Under the pieces are notes generated by a model. It made no database searches. It was not told where the DNA came from and saw only the letters and a program-made list of their open reading frames with translations. Of a stretch of DNA of 57,943 bases, positions 38,523 through 48,279 are shown piece by piece; within the stretch, counting starts at the first letter, position 1, and every line of letters begins with the position of its first letter. The translations under genes and the position numbers were made by a program. Source of the DNA: Pirellulaceae bacterium (GTDB lineage Bacteria > Planctomycetota > Planctomycetia > Pirellulales > Pirellulaceae); contig JANQJJ010000102.1 of the NCBI GenBank assembly GCA_028281725.1, positions 1 to 57,943 of the forward strand, in the 5' to 3' direction.

Positions 38523-39342
38523 GAGCTGCTTTTCCTGCTTCCAGTAGTTCTTTTAGTAGTTGGGCGTTGCCGTTTTCGAGAGCAGTCATCCAGTCATGCA
38601 GTGCGTCGGAGAACCCCCGCAAGGACTCCAAGATGGGCTGCTGGTTTTCCAGCAGGATCTGCTGCCACATCTCCGTGTTGCCGGCTGCCACACGTGTTGT
38701 ATCGCACCATCCAGATGCCGCCAGGGGGAGCAACTCCACTGGGGTCGCCTTTGCTAGGGCCGCAGCCACCAGATGCGGTAGGTGACTGGTTCGCGCGACG
38801 GCCTCATCGTGTTCTTCGGGCGACATGCGAACCGTTCGGCAGCCAAGCGCTTTCCAGAACTGTTCGGTTCGTTCGATCAGCCGATGCGGCGTGTCGCTCG
38901 TCGGAGTGACCACCGTCAGCTTGTCGTCAAACAATTGGGCTGCTGCGTGATCGACTCCGCTTCGGTCACTGCCGGCCAGCGGATGCGATCCACAGAAGCT
39001 GGTCGCCTGAGCACCATCGAGCGCGCTGCAGATACCGCGCTTCGTACTACCGACGTCCGTAATCAGGCAGCCCGCCGGCATTTGCCGCTGACACTCGGCG
39101 ACGTAGTCTGCCACCGATTGAACGGGCGTGCAAATAATCGCCAAATCGGCATTTTGGCAGGCGGTGTCGAGTGCCGTTTCCGCGCGATCCACAGCGCCGC
39201 GCTGCAGAGCTTTCTCTAGCGATTCCGGCCGTCGTCCAACGCCAACGACAGTCCGGGCGAGGTTGCGATCGCGCAGCGCCAGTCCGATCGAGCCGCCGAG
39301 GAGCCCAACGCCGACGATCACAACACGTTCAAACTCCGCCAT
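38503..39342 (-). CDS. tyrA: Prephenate/arogenate dehydrogenase
   Basis: IVGVGLLGGS, TDVGSTK, GSHPLAGS, EHDEAVARTSHLPH, DTTRVA; GGAG RBS; overlaps the purL start by 20 bp. Confidence 0.92.
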   Translation of the reverse strand: MAEFERVVIVGVGLLGGSIGLALRDRNLARTVVGVGRRPESLEKALQRGAVDRAETALDTACQNADLAIICTPVQSVADYVAECQRQMPAGCLITDVGSTKRGICSALDGAQATSFCGSHPLAGSDRSGVDHAAAQLFDDKLTVVTPTSDTPHRLIERTEQFWKALGCRTVRMSPEEHDEAVARTSHLPHLVAAALAKATPVELLPLAASGWCDTTRVAAGNTEMWQQILLENQQPILESLRGFSDALHDWMTALENGNAQLLKELLEAGKAARDSVGN

Positions 39343-39469
39343 GATTCTCCGCAATTTGTTTCCGGTTTCCGGCGCACAAGACTTCGGAACAGGACTGGGA
39401 CGCCACGACCGACGGGTGGATGCTCGAGGGCTCCGCGACGGCCAGTTGGCAGTTTCCGCAACGCAGGCT

Positions 39470-40663
39470 TTAGCGCCGGGCGCGATCACATTTCATGGGC
39501 AGCCATGTCCCATTTTGCTTGCTGCTTTCGACCGCCTGCTGAATGAACATCATCCCTTCGACGCCGTCGTGCACGTTCGGGTAGACAGTATCGACTCGTT
39601 CGACGGGCGTGCCTTCCGCGTGGGCAATCATGGCGTCAAAAGCGGACGTGTAAATGTTGGCAAAGGCTTCAAAGAAAGCTTCTGGGTGACCGCTGGGCAG
39701 ACGACAGGCACCTTGTCCGGACGCGTTCATATACGGCGCGTTGGGATCTCGTGTGTACATTTTGTGTGGCTGGCCGTTGCAGCGCACGATCATCACATTG
39801 GGTTCTTCCTGTCGCCACTGCAGGGCGCCCTTGGTGCCATCAATCTCGATAGAGACGTCATTCTCGCGGCCGTGACTGATTTGGGATGCGGTCACCGTTC
39901 CCAATCCGCCACCGGCATATTTGATGATCGCGGTTCCATAGTCGTCCAGCTTGCGACCCGGTTCGAACGTTCGCAGGTGGCACGAAATCTCTTCCGGCAG
40001 CAAGCCGGTCATGTACCGACCGAGATTGTAGGCGTGGGTTGCAATATCTCCGAAGCAGCCAGCAGCGCCACTCTTGGTTGGATCGGTCCGCCAAGCGGCC
40101 TGTTTTTGATCTGAATCTTCCAGTTTGGTTCGTAGCCATCCCTGGATGTAGTTGGCTCGAACGGCTTGGATCTCCCCCAGTTCGCCACCGAGAATCATCT
40201 CGCGTGCCTGGCGAACGAGCGGGTATCCGGTGTAGTTATGAGTGAGAGCAAAAACCCCATCGGATTGGTCCACGAGGGTTGCTAGCTCCTCGGCCTGGGC
40301 CAGGTCAAACGTCATGGGTTTATCGCAAACGACATGGAAGCCGGCGTCGACGGCCGCCTTGGCAATTTCGAAGTGGGTGTGGTTGGGCGTGGTGACGCTG
40401 ACGAAGTCAATCCGCTCACCCTCCGGCAGGGCCTTTTCCCGCTCAAACATCTCGCTGTAGGACGCATAAGCGCGATTGGCCGGCACATCGTAGTCGGGTG
40501 CCGAGGCTTTGCTCCGCTCGGGGTTGCTCGAAAAGGCACCGGCGACCACTTCGGCGCGGTTATCCAGACACGCGGCGATCGAGTGAACTTTGCCAATAAA
40601 CGACCCTTGGCCGCCGCCGACCAAACCCATTTTCAACTTGCGATTTAGAGGGCCGTTGGTCAT
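39470..40663 (-). CDS. Gfo/Idh/MocA-family oxidoreductase
   Basis: GLVGGGQGSFIGKVH, TPNHTH, CDKP, WRTDP..SGAAGCFGDIATHA, GHPEAFFEAFANIY. Confidence 0.92.
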   Translation of the reverse strand: MTNGPLNRKLKMGLVGGGQGSFIGKVHSIAACLDNRAEVVAGAFSSNPERSKASAPDYDVPANRAYASYSEMFEREKALPEGERIDFVSVTTPNHTHFEIAKAAVDAGFHVVCDKPMTFDLAQAEELATLVDQSDGVFALTHNYTGYPLVRQAREMILGGELGEIQAVRANYIQGWLRTKLEDSDQKQAAWRTDPTKSGAAGCFGDIATHAYNLGRYMTGLLPEEISCHLRTFEPGRKLDDYGTAIIKYAGGGLGTVTASQISHGRENDVSIEIDGTKGALQWRQEEPNVMIVRCNGQPHKMYTRDPNAPYMNASGQGACRLPSGHPEAFFEAFANIYTSAFDAMIAHAEGTPVERVDTVYPNVHDGVEGMMFIQQAVESSKQNGTWLPMKCDRARR

Positions 40664-41033
40664 GCTGATCTTTCCTTTGTTTCAAAGTGTTTGGCTGGAT
40701 TTACTAGGGTACCATTCCTTTGGCCGGTGCCTGTTTTCGTGCGTTGGACGTTGAAAACCTTGACGGCGCAAGCCAAGTATCCGCGGGACTCGAACTGGGG
40801 CTCCTGTTCTACCACATTTAGCCTCAATCAGGCAGGCGCTTGACCAGGACCTCCAAGATCACTTGCCCGCCGGCCCACGTCGCGATTGCTTTCTGCGGGA
40901 AAACCCGTCACGATAAGGTGTATTAGTGGGACAGGTCACCTGGACCGGAGACGCGCTGCCGGGAATCGTGCTGTGCTTAGGTGGATGAGTTCGACAAGGC
41001 TGATTGTCAGTACGCAATAGGTTGGGCAGTAGC

Positions 41034-44000
41034 ATGGGCAATATATCGTTTTCGTTCGAGTATCCCTGGCTGTTGAGCCTGCTAGTCGTGGTGCCGCTGC
41101 TCTGGATCGGTAGTTTCGCCTCGCTAGCGGGGTTGGGACCGGGGCGGCGGATTGCGGCGCTCAGTTTTCGCTCCGTGGTGATGTTGCTGCTCATCTTCGC
41201 CATCGCCGGTGTTCAGTGGGTTTGGATCAGCGACAAACTGACTGTTATCTATTTGCTGGACCAGAGTGACAGTATCGCTCGGGCCAAACGCGATATCATG
41301 CTGAGCTACGCCATCGAGTCGGTAAAGGAGCATCGAGAGGACTCCCGCGGAGATCGTGCCGGGCTGATCGTATTTGGCCGCGAAGCGGCGATCGAGTTCC
41401 CGCCTTACGACGACAATTTGCCGGTCGTGCGAGGTGTGGAAAGCTACTTGGGACGTACCGATGCCACGAATCTGGAATCGGCTCTGAAGCTGGCCCAAGC
41501 GTCCTTCCCGGAGGATTCTGCCAAGCGCGTCGTCATCGTTACCGATGGCATTGAAACGATCGGCTCGGCGACCACCGTCGCAAAATCGATGGCCGAGGCG
41601 GGCATTGGTATCGATGTCGTTCCAATCAATCTGGCTGCCAAGAGTGAAATCTTGGTCGAGAAAGTCGACTTGCCAACCAACATTCGGCAGGGCCAGCCAT
41701 TTGAAACGCGAATCGTCGTCAATCGTTTTCAGGAGGGAGATAATGATGAGCCGGTAGCGGGCCGACTGCAGTTGCTTCGAAGTGTCGGGCCCCGCGAGCA
41801 AGTGCTCTGGGAGGATTCGGTTGAGCTGGACAAAGACGTCAACGTCTTTCCGATTCGTGACGTAATCGATCAGCCGGCCGGGTACACCTATCGCGCTGAG
41901 TTTGTGCCTGCCAACGTCCAGGACGACTCGCTGCAGCAGAACAATCGGGCGGACGCGTTCACGTATGTCCGCGGCAAGGGGCGGGTGCTGCTGATTGAAG
42001 ACTGGAATGCGATGGGGGAATATGTGTCGCTGATTGAAGCGCTGCGTCGTAGTGATATCGAAGTCGATGTTCAGTCAAGCGATCAACTGTTTACCTCTCT
42101 GGCGGAGTTGCAAGCCTATGACTGCGTGATTCTCGCCGGCGTGCCACGCAGTAGCGGTGAATCGGCCGATGCGATCGCGAACTTCACGGACGAGCAAATC
42201 GACATGCTCGTTAGCAACACGGAACAATTTGGCTGCGGCCTGATCATGATGGGCAGCCCCAATTCGTTTGGAGCGGGCGGATGGACGAATACAGCCATCG
42301 AAAAGGCGATGCCCGTCGATTTTCAAATAAAGAACAAGAAGATCGAAGCGGTCGGCGCGCTCGTCATGATCTTTCACGCGTCGGAGATTGCCCAGGGTAA
42401 CTATTGGCAAAAACGGATCGGACAAGCGGCCTTGGAAGTGCTCGGGCCGATGGACTATTGCGGGGTCGCTCAGTATGGAACGCTTGGGGATTCCTGGTTG
42501 TGGGGAGGCAAGCCGCCCGGCATGCTGCGCGTGGGCCCGAATAGAAAGGCCATGGTCAGTCGCCTGCGGGCCATGATTCCCGGCGATATGCCCGATTTCC
42601 AGCCATCGATGCAGATGGCACTCCGGTCGCTGAGTACCACGCCGGCGTCGGTGAAACATGCGATCATCATCAGCGATGGTGATGCCACGGCACCAGCCAA
42701 CGGTGTGCTAACCCAGTTCGTCAACAATCAAATCAAGATTTCCACGGTTGCTGTGGGATCCCATGGTCCGGCCGGACACCAGACTCTGCAGAAGATCGCC
42801 ACGACCACCGGTGGTAACTACTACGTGGCGACCAATCCAGCGGCGCTGCCTAAGATTTTCCAGCGAGAAGCCATGCGAGTTTCTCGTCCCCTGGTCTATG
42901 AACCCGATGGCGGGTTGCTGCCGCAAATCACCTACCCGCACGAGATCGTTCAGGGACTCTCTCGAGAGCTGCCTAACCTGCGAGGCTTCGTGCTCACTAG
43001 TGTTAAGGACAGTGCGCTGGTGGAAGTACCCATCCGCTCCAGCAAGCCATCGGAGCCGGAAAATCAAACGATTCTCGCCACCTGGACCTATGGCTTGGGA
43101 CGCACCGCCGTGTTTACCAGCGACACCGGCAAACGCTGGGCGGGCCAGTGGGCAGATTGGAGTGGCTATGATCAGTTCTTTTCGCAGTTGGTGAGGTGGG
43201 CCATGCGACCGACCAAGTCAGACGCCAAGTTCACCGTGGCCACGAACGTTAGGGACGGACAAGTCGAAGTGGTCGTCAACGCGCTCAATCAAGAAGACGA
43301 ATTCTTGAATTTTCTAGACATGCAGGCGGTGGCCGTGGGCCCCGACCTGAAGCCCATTCCGCTGATCATGCGCCAAGCGGCTCCCGGCCGATATGTGGGC
43401 GCCTTCGATTCCGATGGAGCTGGTAGCTACCTGGTGAATGTCATTCCCGGTCCGGGGATGGCACCGGTCACGACCGGCGCCAGCGTGCCGTTTTCGGACG
43501 AATATCGCATTCGACAAACCAACTTCAACGCGCTGGAACGACTGGCAGGTCTCAAGCCGGACGGTGGACAGGCCGGACTCATGACAGCGCCTCTGGACAA
43601 TCAGAGTCTCACGCAACTACTCGAAAATAATGTGTATCGCAGCGGTCTGCCTCGGGCGATGAGTATGCAGGATATCTGGCCTTGGTGCTTGCTGATCGGG
43701 GCGGTCTGCCTATTCGGCGACGTCTTCGTGCGCCGCGTTTCGCTCGACTACGCCTACCCCATCAAGTGGATGGTCCGGCGACTGAGGCCTGGTGAGTCAG
43801 CCCAAGATCTCGAAAGAAAACAGAGTCTTGAGCGCCTCAGAAGCAAGAAATCCCAGGTAGCGGGCGAAATAGAACAGACGAAGGCCACATCACGCTTCGA
43901 ATCGTCCGAGCCCGGTGACGTCGTTGCACTGGACGAGGCCATCGCCGGAAAGACGTCGACTGCCGGAGAAACTCGGGACACCTCGGCGCCCAGTATGGCA

Positions 44001-44090
44001 CAAAAAGAGGAGCAAGGCGGTTATACTTCTCGCTTGCTGGCTGCGAAGAAGGCTGCCCAAAAAAATAGAGGTAGCGACAGCGAGGATTAG
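41034..44090 (+). CDS. Membrane-anchored VWA-domain protein with a glutamine-amidotransferase-like domain
   Basis: BatA-like N-terminus (FEYPWLL), MIDAS DQSDS...TDG, GLIMMGSPNSFGAGGW, a second degenerate VWA (IIISDGD), WTYGLGRTAVFTSD, C-terminal TM helix. Confidence 0.88.
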   Translation: MGNISFSFEYPWLLSLLVVVPLLWIGSFASLAGLGPGRRIAALSFRSVVMLLLIFAIAGVQWVWISDKLTVIYLLDQSDSIARAKRDIMLSYAIESVKEHREDSRGDRAGLIVFGREAAIEFPPYDDNLPVVRGVESYLGRTDATNLESALKLAQASFPEDSAKRVVIVTDGIETIGSATTVAKSMAEAGIGIDVVPINLAAKSEILVEKVDLPTNIRQGQPFETRIVVNRFQEGDNDEPVAGRLQLLRSVGPREQVLWEDSVELDKDVNVFPIRDVIDQPAGYTYRAEFVPANVQDDSLQQNNRADAFTYVRGKGRVLLIEDWNAMGEYVSLIEALRRSDIEVDVQSSDQLFTSLAELQAYDCVILAGVPRSSGESADAIANFTDEQIDMLVSNTEQFGCGLIMMGSPNSFGAGGWTNTAIEKAMPVDFQIKNKKIEAVGALVMIFHASEIAQGNYWQKRIGQAALEVLGPMDYCGVAQYGTLGDSWLWGGKPPGMLRVGPNRKAMVSRLRAMIPGDMPDFQPSMQMALRSLSTTPASVKHAIIISDGDATAPANGVLTQFVNNQIKISTVAVGSHGPAGHQTLQKIATTTGGNYYVATNPAALPKIFQREAMRVSRPLVYEPDGGLLPQITYPHEIVQGLSRELPNLRGFVLTSVKDSALVEVPIRSSKPSEPENQTILATWTYGLGRTAVFTSDTGKRWAGQWADWSGYDQFFSQLVRWAMRPTKSDAKFTVATNVRDGQVEVVVNALNQEDEFLNFLDMQAVAVGPDLKPIPLIMRQAAPGRYVGAFDSDGAGSYLVNVIPGPGMAPVTTGASVPFSDEYRIRQTNFNALERLAGLKPDGGQAGLMTAPLDNQSLTQLLENNVYRSGLPRAMSMQDIWPWCLLIGAVCLFGDVFVRRVSLDYAYPIKWMVRRLRPGESAQDLERKQSLERLRSKKSQVAGEIEQTKATSRFESSEPGDVVALDEAIAGKTSTAGETRDTSAPSMAQKEEQGGYTSRLLAAKKAAQKNRGSDSED

Positions 44091-44239
44091 CCATGCAGCC
44101 CCCGTGCCCGTGGACTGGTTTGCCTCAGTCGCTTTTTGATTTACCGTTCCGGCAATAGCGCAATACTTAACCTGTCGGCCTCCAAACCAATTCCGTCGCA
44201 AACACTTATCACAACCCAACAACCCCAGACGAGCATCCC

Positions 44240-45265
44240 ATGACAGACGTTGCCGAGCAGATGCAACAGCAGGCAGAAGAGTTTCGCACGCGGTACAAGG
44301 CAGTTCGTGACGAGATCGGGAAGATGATCGTTGGACACGACGAAATCGTGCACGGTGTTTTGACCAGCATGTTCGTCGGCGGTCACTGTCTGCTCGAAGG
44401 CGTGCCGGGGCTGGGCAAAACAATGCTTGTCCGTACGCTGGCGGAGACGCTCAGCCTGCAATTTAGCCGGCTTCAGTTTACGCCTGACCTCATGCCCGCC
44501 GACATTCTCGGCACGAATATGGTTGTCGAGGACGAACAGGGCCGAAAGTCGTTCGAGTTTCAAAGAGGACCGATCTTCACGCAGATTTGTTTGGCCGACG
44601 AAATCAACCGTGCCACACCCAAGACGCAATCGGCACTGCTGGAAACAATGCAAGAAGGCACGATCACCGTTGCCGGCCAGCGGTACGAACTCGATAAACC
44701 GTTCTTCGTACTGGCGACGCAGAACCCAATCGAGCAGGAGGGAACGTACCCTCTTCCGGAAGCCCAGCTGGACCGGTTTCTATTTAAGTTGGTCGTCGGG
44801 TACAGCACCCGTGATGAACTCAATACGATCGTAGATCGCACCACCCGCCGAGCCCAGATTGTGACGAATAAGATTATGAACGGCGAAGAGATTCTCCGAT
44901 GGCAAGAGCTGGTTCGCGAAGTGATCTTAGCTCGGCATGTCCAAGACTATATTGTACGGCTGGTGCTGGCCACGCATCCCGAGGGGCAGATGTCTCAAGC
45001 CATCACGAACCAGTATGTTCGCTGGGGTAGCAGCCCTCGTGGTGCTCAGACGCTGGCCTTGGGGTCTAAAGTAAGGGCGCTGCTTGACGGTCGATTCAAC
45101 GTCAGCTTTGAAGATGTACGGCGCGTTTTCCTACCCAGTATGCGGCATCGCGTTTTGCTTAACTTTGAAGCTCAAGCCGAGGGGATTGAGACCGATCAAA
45201 TTCTGCTCGATATTCTAGAAAAGGTTCCAGAGAAGTCGGAGGAGTCGCTGGCCGACGCTGGCTAG
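44240..45265 (+). CDS. moxR: MoxR-family AAA+ ATPase
   Basis: GHCLLEGVPGLGKT, RLQFTPDLMPADILG, LADEINRATPKTQSALLE, ATQNPIEQEGTYPLPEAQLDRF. Confidence 0.95.
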   Translation: MTDVAEQMQQQAEEFRTRYKAVRDEIGKMIVGHDEIVHGVLTSMFVGGHCLLEGVPGLGKTMLVRTLAETLSLQFSRLQFTPDLMPADILGTNMVVEDEQGRKSFEFQRGPIFTQICLADEINRATPKTQSALLETMQEGTITVAGQRYELDKPFFVLATQNPIEQEGTYPLPEAQLDRFLFKLVVGYSTRDELNTIVDRTTRRAQIVTNKIMNGEEILRWQELVREVILARHVQDYIVRLVLATHPEGQMSQAITNQYVRWGSSPRGAQTLALGSKVRALLDGRFNVSFEDVRRVFLPSMRHRVLLNFEAQAEGIETDQILLDILEKVPEKSEESLADAG

Positions 45266-45432
45266 TCGGGCTGGGTGTGGTCAGGATTCCGAAGCCGGCT
45301 TGCCACCGGCCGGTATGTAAAAAGCGGGAACCCAAAAGACGCACCGGTGGCCGGCGCCGTACCGCTTACCCAAGCAAAGGGCGGCGGAGCCTGGTTGGTT
45401 CGCACCAGCATAGCTGGTGGCTTACGAAATGA

Positions 45433-46728
45433 GTGATTGCATTGCGAATTGCCTATCTGACCGCCGGTGCTGCCGGAATGTATTGTGGAAGTTGTCTGCA
45501 TGACAACGCGTTGGCGAAGGCACTGATCGAGTTGGGGCACGATACGGTTTTGGTGCCAACTTATACACCCATCCTGACCGACGAACCGAGCGTCAGTAGT
45601 GACCGTCTTTTCTATGGGGGACTGAACGTTTACCTCCAGCAGGCCAGTCCCCTGTTTCGCTGGCTGCCGAACTGGATGGATCAGTTTCTAAGTTCTCCCA
45701 GGTTGGTTGGATGGATTGCCTCGCGTGCGATGGGGACTTCCGCAAGCGGGTTAGGCGCGCTGACGGTATCAATGCTCCAAGGCAGCGAAGGCCGTCAAAA
45801 GAAAGAGGTTCGGCGTCTGTGCGATTGGCTGAAGACACTACATCCCGACGTCGTTGTATTTTCGAATCTGTTGATTGCTGGCTGCATCGCAGACATCAAA
45901 GCTCAGCTGGGTTGTCCGGTGGTCGTGATCTTGCAGGGCGACGATATCTTTTACGAAAGTCTTCAAGAGCCGTACCGCAGTCGCGCCATGCAGGAACTGA
46001 GAAAACTGGCCGCACAAGTCGATCTGTTTCTCGTGCACAGTCGGGACTACGGACATCGCATGCAGACGATGCTTGGGTTCGCACCAGACCGGCTGGCAGT
46101 GAACCCGCTGTCCATTGATACGCGTGATTTTGTGTCCTTGGAAATGTCGCCACGCAGCGAGGATCGGCCTCCCACGATCGGGTACTTGGCAAGACTTGCG
46201 CCAGAGAAGGGGCTGCACGTGCTGGTCGACGCCTTTATCGAGTTGCATTTGAGCGGTCGCTTGACCGGTGCCAGACTGGAGATCGCCGGTTGGCTTGGGA
46301 AACAGCACGAAGCATACTGGCATGAGCAACAACAGAAATTGATCGATGCCCAGCTTCGCGAGAGCTTTCATTACCACGGCAGTGTTGAAAGAGCAGAGAA
46401 ATTGCAGTTCCTGCAGTCGATTGACGTTCTGTGTGTACCGACGACCTATCAAGAACCCAAAGGTCTGTTCGTGCTCGAGGCACTGGCATCGGGCGTGCCC
46501 TATGTACAGCCCGCGCACGGTGCTTTTCCGGAACTGCATCACCGCACCGGAGGAGGCCATCTGTTCGATCCGGAGCAGCCGGCGGAACTAGCCGATCGCC
46601 TGCAAGAGGTGCTGCAGGACCTGGACGCCTCGCGAGCCCTGGGACTCAAGGGGCGGCAAGTCGTGCTCGACAGTGCTTCGACGAATCACGAGGCCCAGCG
46701 GCTGGTCGAGTTGCTCCAGCGACTCTAA
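45433..46728 (+). CDS. Glycosyltransferase family 4
   Basis: AGAAGMYCGSCLHDN N-terminus, GYLARLAPEKGL, EPKGLFVLEALASGVP. Confidence 0.9.
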   Translation: MIALRIAYLTAGAAGMYCGSCLHDNALAKALIELGHDTVLVPTYTPILTDEPSVSSDRLFYGGLNVYLQQASPLFRWLPNWMDQFLSSPRLVGWIASRAMGTSASGLGALTVSMLQGSEGRQKKEVRRLCDWLKTLHPDVVVFSNLLIAGCIADIKAQLGCPVVVILQGDDIFYESLQEPYRSRAMQELRKLAAQVDLFLVHSRDYGHRMQTMLGFAPDRLAVNPLSIDTRDFVSLEMSPRSEDRPPTIGYLARLAPEKGLHVLVDAFIELHLSGRLTGARLEIAGWLGKQHEAYWHEQQQKLIDAQLRESFHYHGSVERAEKLQFLQSIDVLCVPTTYQEPKGLFVLEALASGVPYVQPAHGAFPELHHRTGGGHLFDPEQPAELADRLQEVLQDLDASRALGLKGRQVVLDSASTNHEAQRLVELLQRL

Positions 46729-46836
46729 TCGGCCACCGGCGGCATTTTGCGGTCCGAGCGAGTAATTATGGGACAATCCTCTTTGGGTGTCGTCTTGTAG
46801 ATAGTTACTCAAACCGAACAGATTGGCTCGCCGCCC

Positions 46837-47349
46837 GTGATACCACCAGCTGAGATAGCAAGACTCTGGCGCGAACACGCGCGGGGTCTGGAGTTGCTGG
46901 CTCGGTCGCGGGGGGCAAGTGTTTCCGGTAGCTGCTCCGCCGAAGATTTTGTCCAGGAGGCGTTTATTCGTCTGGCTCGGCAGGCCGAAATGCCGGACGA
47001 TCCGCTAGCTTGGCTGGCCCGGACTATCCGCAACATAGTCATTGATGCCAGCCGTAGCGAAGGACGTCGACGGCGCCGCGAGCAACTATTTGTAGAACGC
47101 GGAGAGCCCTGGTTTGAGCTTTCAGATGATCAGCAACCTGGCGGATTGTCGGCAGAGGAAGTCAGCAGTCTGCTGGGGCAATTGGAACCGGGGGATCGCG
47201 AAATCATTGTGGCGCACGTTTGGGGAGGAATGACATTTCGGCAGATCTCACTGGTGTATGATATTTCCTCATCCTCGGCGCACCGTCGTTACCTGTCAGC
47301 ACTACAGCAGCTTCGTCAGTCGCTTGGTATTCAGTCGGCTAGCCAGTAA
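46837..47349 (+). CDS. ECF RNA polymerase sigma-70 factor
   Basis: AEDFVQEAFIRL, AWLARTIRN (region 2); REIIVAHVWGGMTFRQI..SSAHRRY (region 4). Confidence 0.9.
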   Translation: MIPPAEIARLWREHARGLELLARSRGASVSGSCSAEDFVQEAFIRLARQAEMPDDPLAWLARTIRNIVIDASRSEGRRRRREQLFVERGEPWFELSDDQQPGGLSAEEVSSLLGQLEPGDREIIVAHVWGGMTFRQISLVYDISSSSAHRRYLSALQQLRQSLGIQSASQ

Positions 47350-47445
47350 GACGCGGCGCTGCTCATTCGCTTTCGTCAAAGGTAGCGACATCCAAGGTGG
47401 CAATTTTATGGTACAGCGACACTCCAAACAGTAGCGGAGTCAAAT

Positions 47446-48108
47446 ATGTCAGATCAAGCAGAACCCGGTCAGCTCAGTGCGTCGCTTGGTAGGCTCGAAT
47501 CGCAGTTGCGTAGGCTACGGCCTGCCAGATCGAGTGAGCGTGACGAGGCTGCGGAGCAGGCGGAGTTGTTGTACCGTTGTGGCTGGGAGGCCTGCCTGGC
47601 ATCTCAGCGGCAGCAGCCACGTCGAGCGGGCCACCCGCGTCGCTGGCGTCCATTCCTGGGCGGTGCCGTTTCTGGGATTGCCGCCACATTGGTATGGATG
47701 ACTCTAGGGGCTTCCCTCAGCACGGATTCATCGAAACCTAGTAGACAGCCGTTGATGATTGCGAGCGCAGAACTATCGACGGGTTCGGTCGCGGAGGAAC
47801 CCCCCTCGGGTGAATTGCCGCTCGATGAACAGCAGTTTGCCAACATCAATATGGACCAGTTGCTCACGCATGTTTTGCCATGGGCCTGGCTGGGCACCGA
47901 GCGACTCCAGCTGCCGGCCACTGCGCCAGGTGTTCAGATGCAGACGACCGCTCTGAGCCCCGTCGCCAATCGTAGCTGGAGCCGCGTATTGGATGGAGCC
48001 GAAGGCACCCGCAATGATCGCTCGCAATGGATTCAGTCCAGAGGGAATCGGTCGCAATCCTTGAGAGGGATGTTTTTTCGCAGCCGCGACTTAGACGAAT
48101 ATTTCTAG
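47446..48108 (+). CDS. Single-TM protein, putative anti-sigma factor
   Basis: Directly follows the ECF gene; LESQLRRLRP N-terminal helix, one TM helix (FLGGAVSGIAATLVWMTLG); GGAG RBS. Confidence 0.65.
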   Translation: MSDQAEPGQLSASLGRLESQLRRLRPARSSERDEAAEQAELLYRCGWEACLASQRQQPRRAGHPRRWRPFLGGAVSGIAATLVWMTLGASLSTDSSKPSRQPLMIASAELSTGSVAEEPPSGELPLDEQQFANINMDQLLTHVLPWAWLGTERLQLPATAPGVQMQTTALSPVANRSWSRVLDGAEGTRNDRSQWIQSRGNRSQSLRGMFFRSRDLDEYF

Positions 48109-48279
48109 CAGGTCGGAAACGGGGGCAGGTGCAGTTGCCGGAATTGCCCTGCAGGCGCTTCACACCACGGGCCGCCCGCGTGCTTCGCCTGGCGGGGTGC
48201 CTGGCCTCCTGTTCCCGGCCTCGACAACCGAACGTTCTGTGTGTGTTGGTTTTATTGACACCTGTTGAGAGAGGCCCCG

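Noticed and set aside
40780-40830. GGGACTCGAAC, resembling a minus-strand tRNA T-loop
   Set aside because: The flanks do not form a T-stem or acceptor stem; no cloverleaf.
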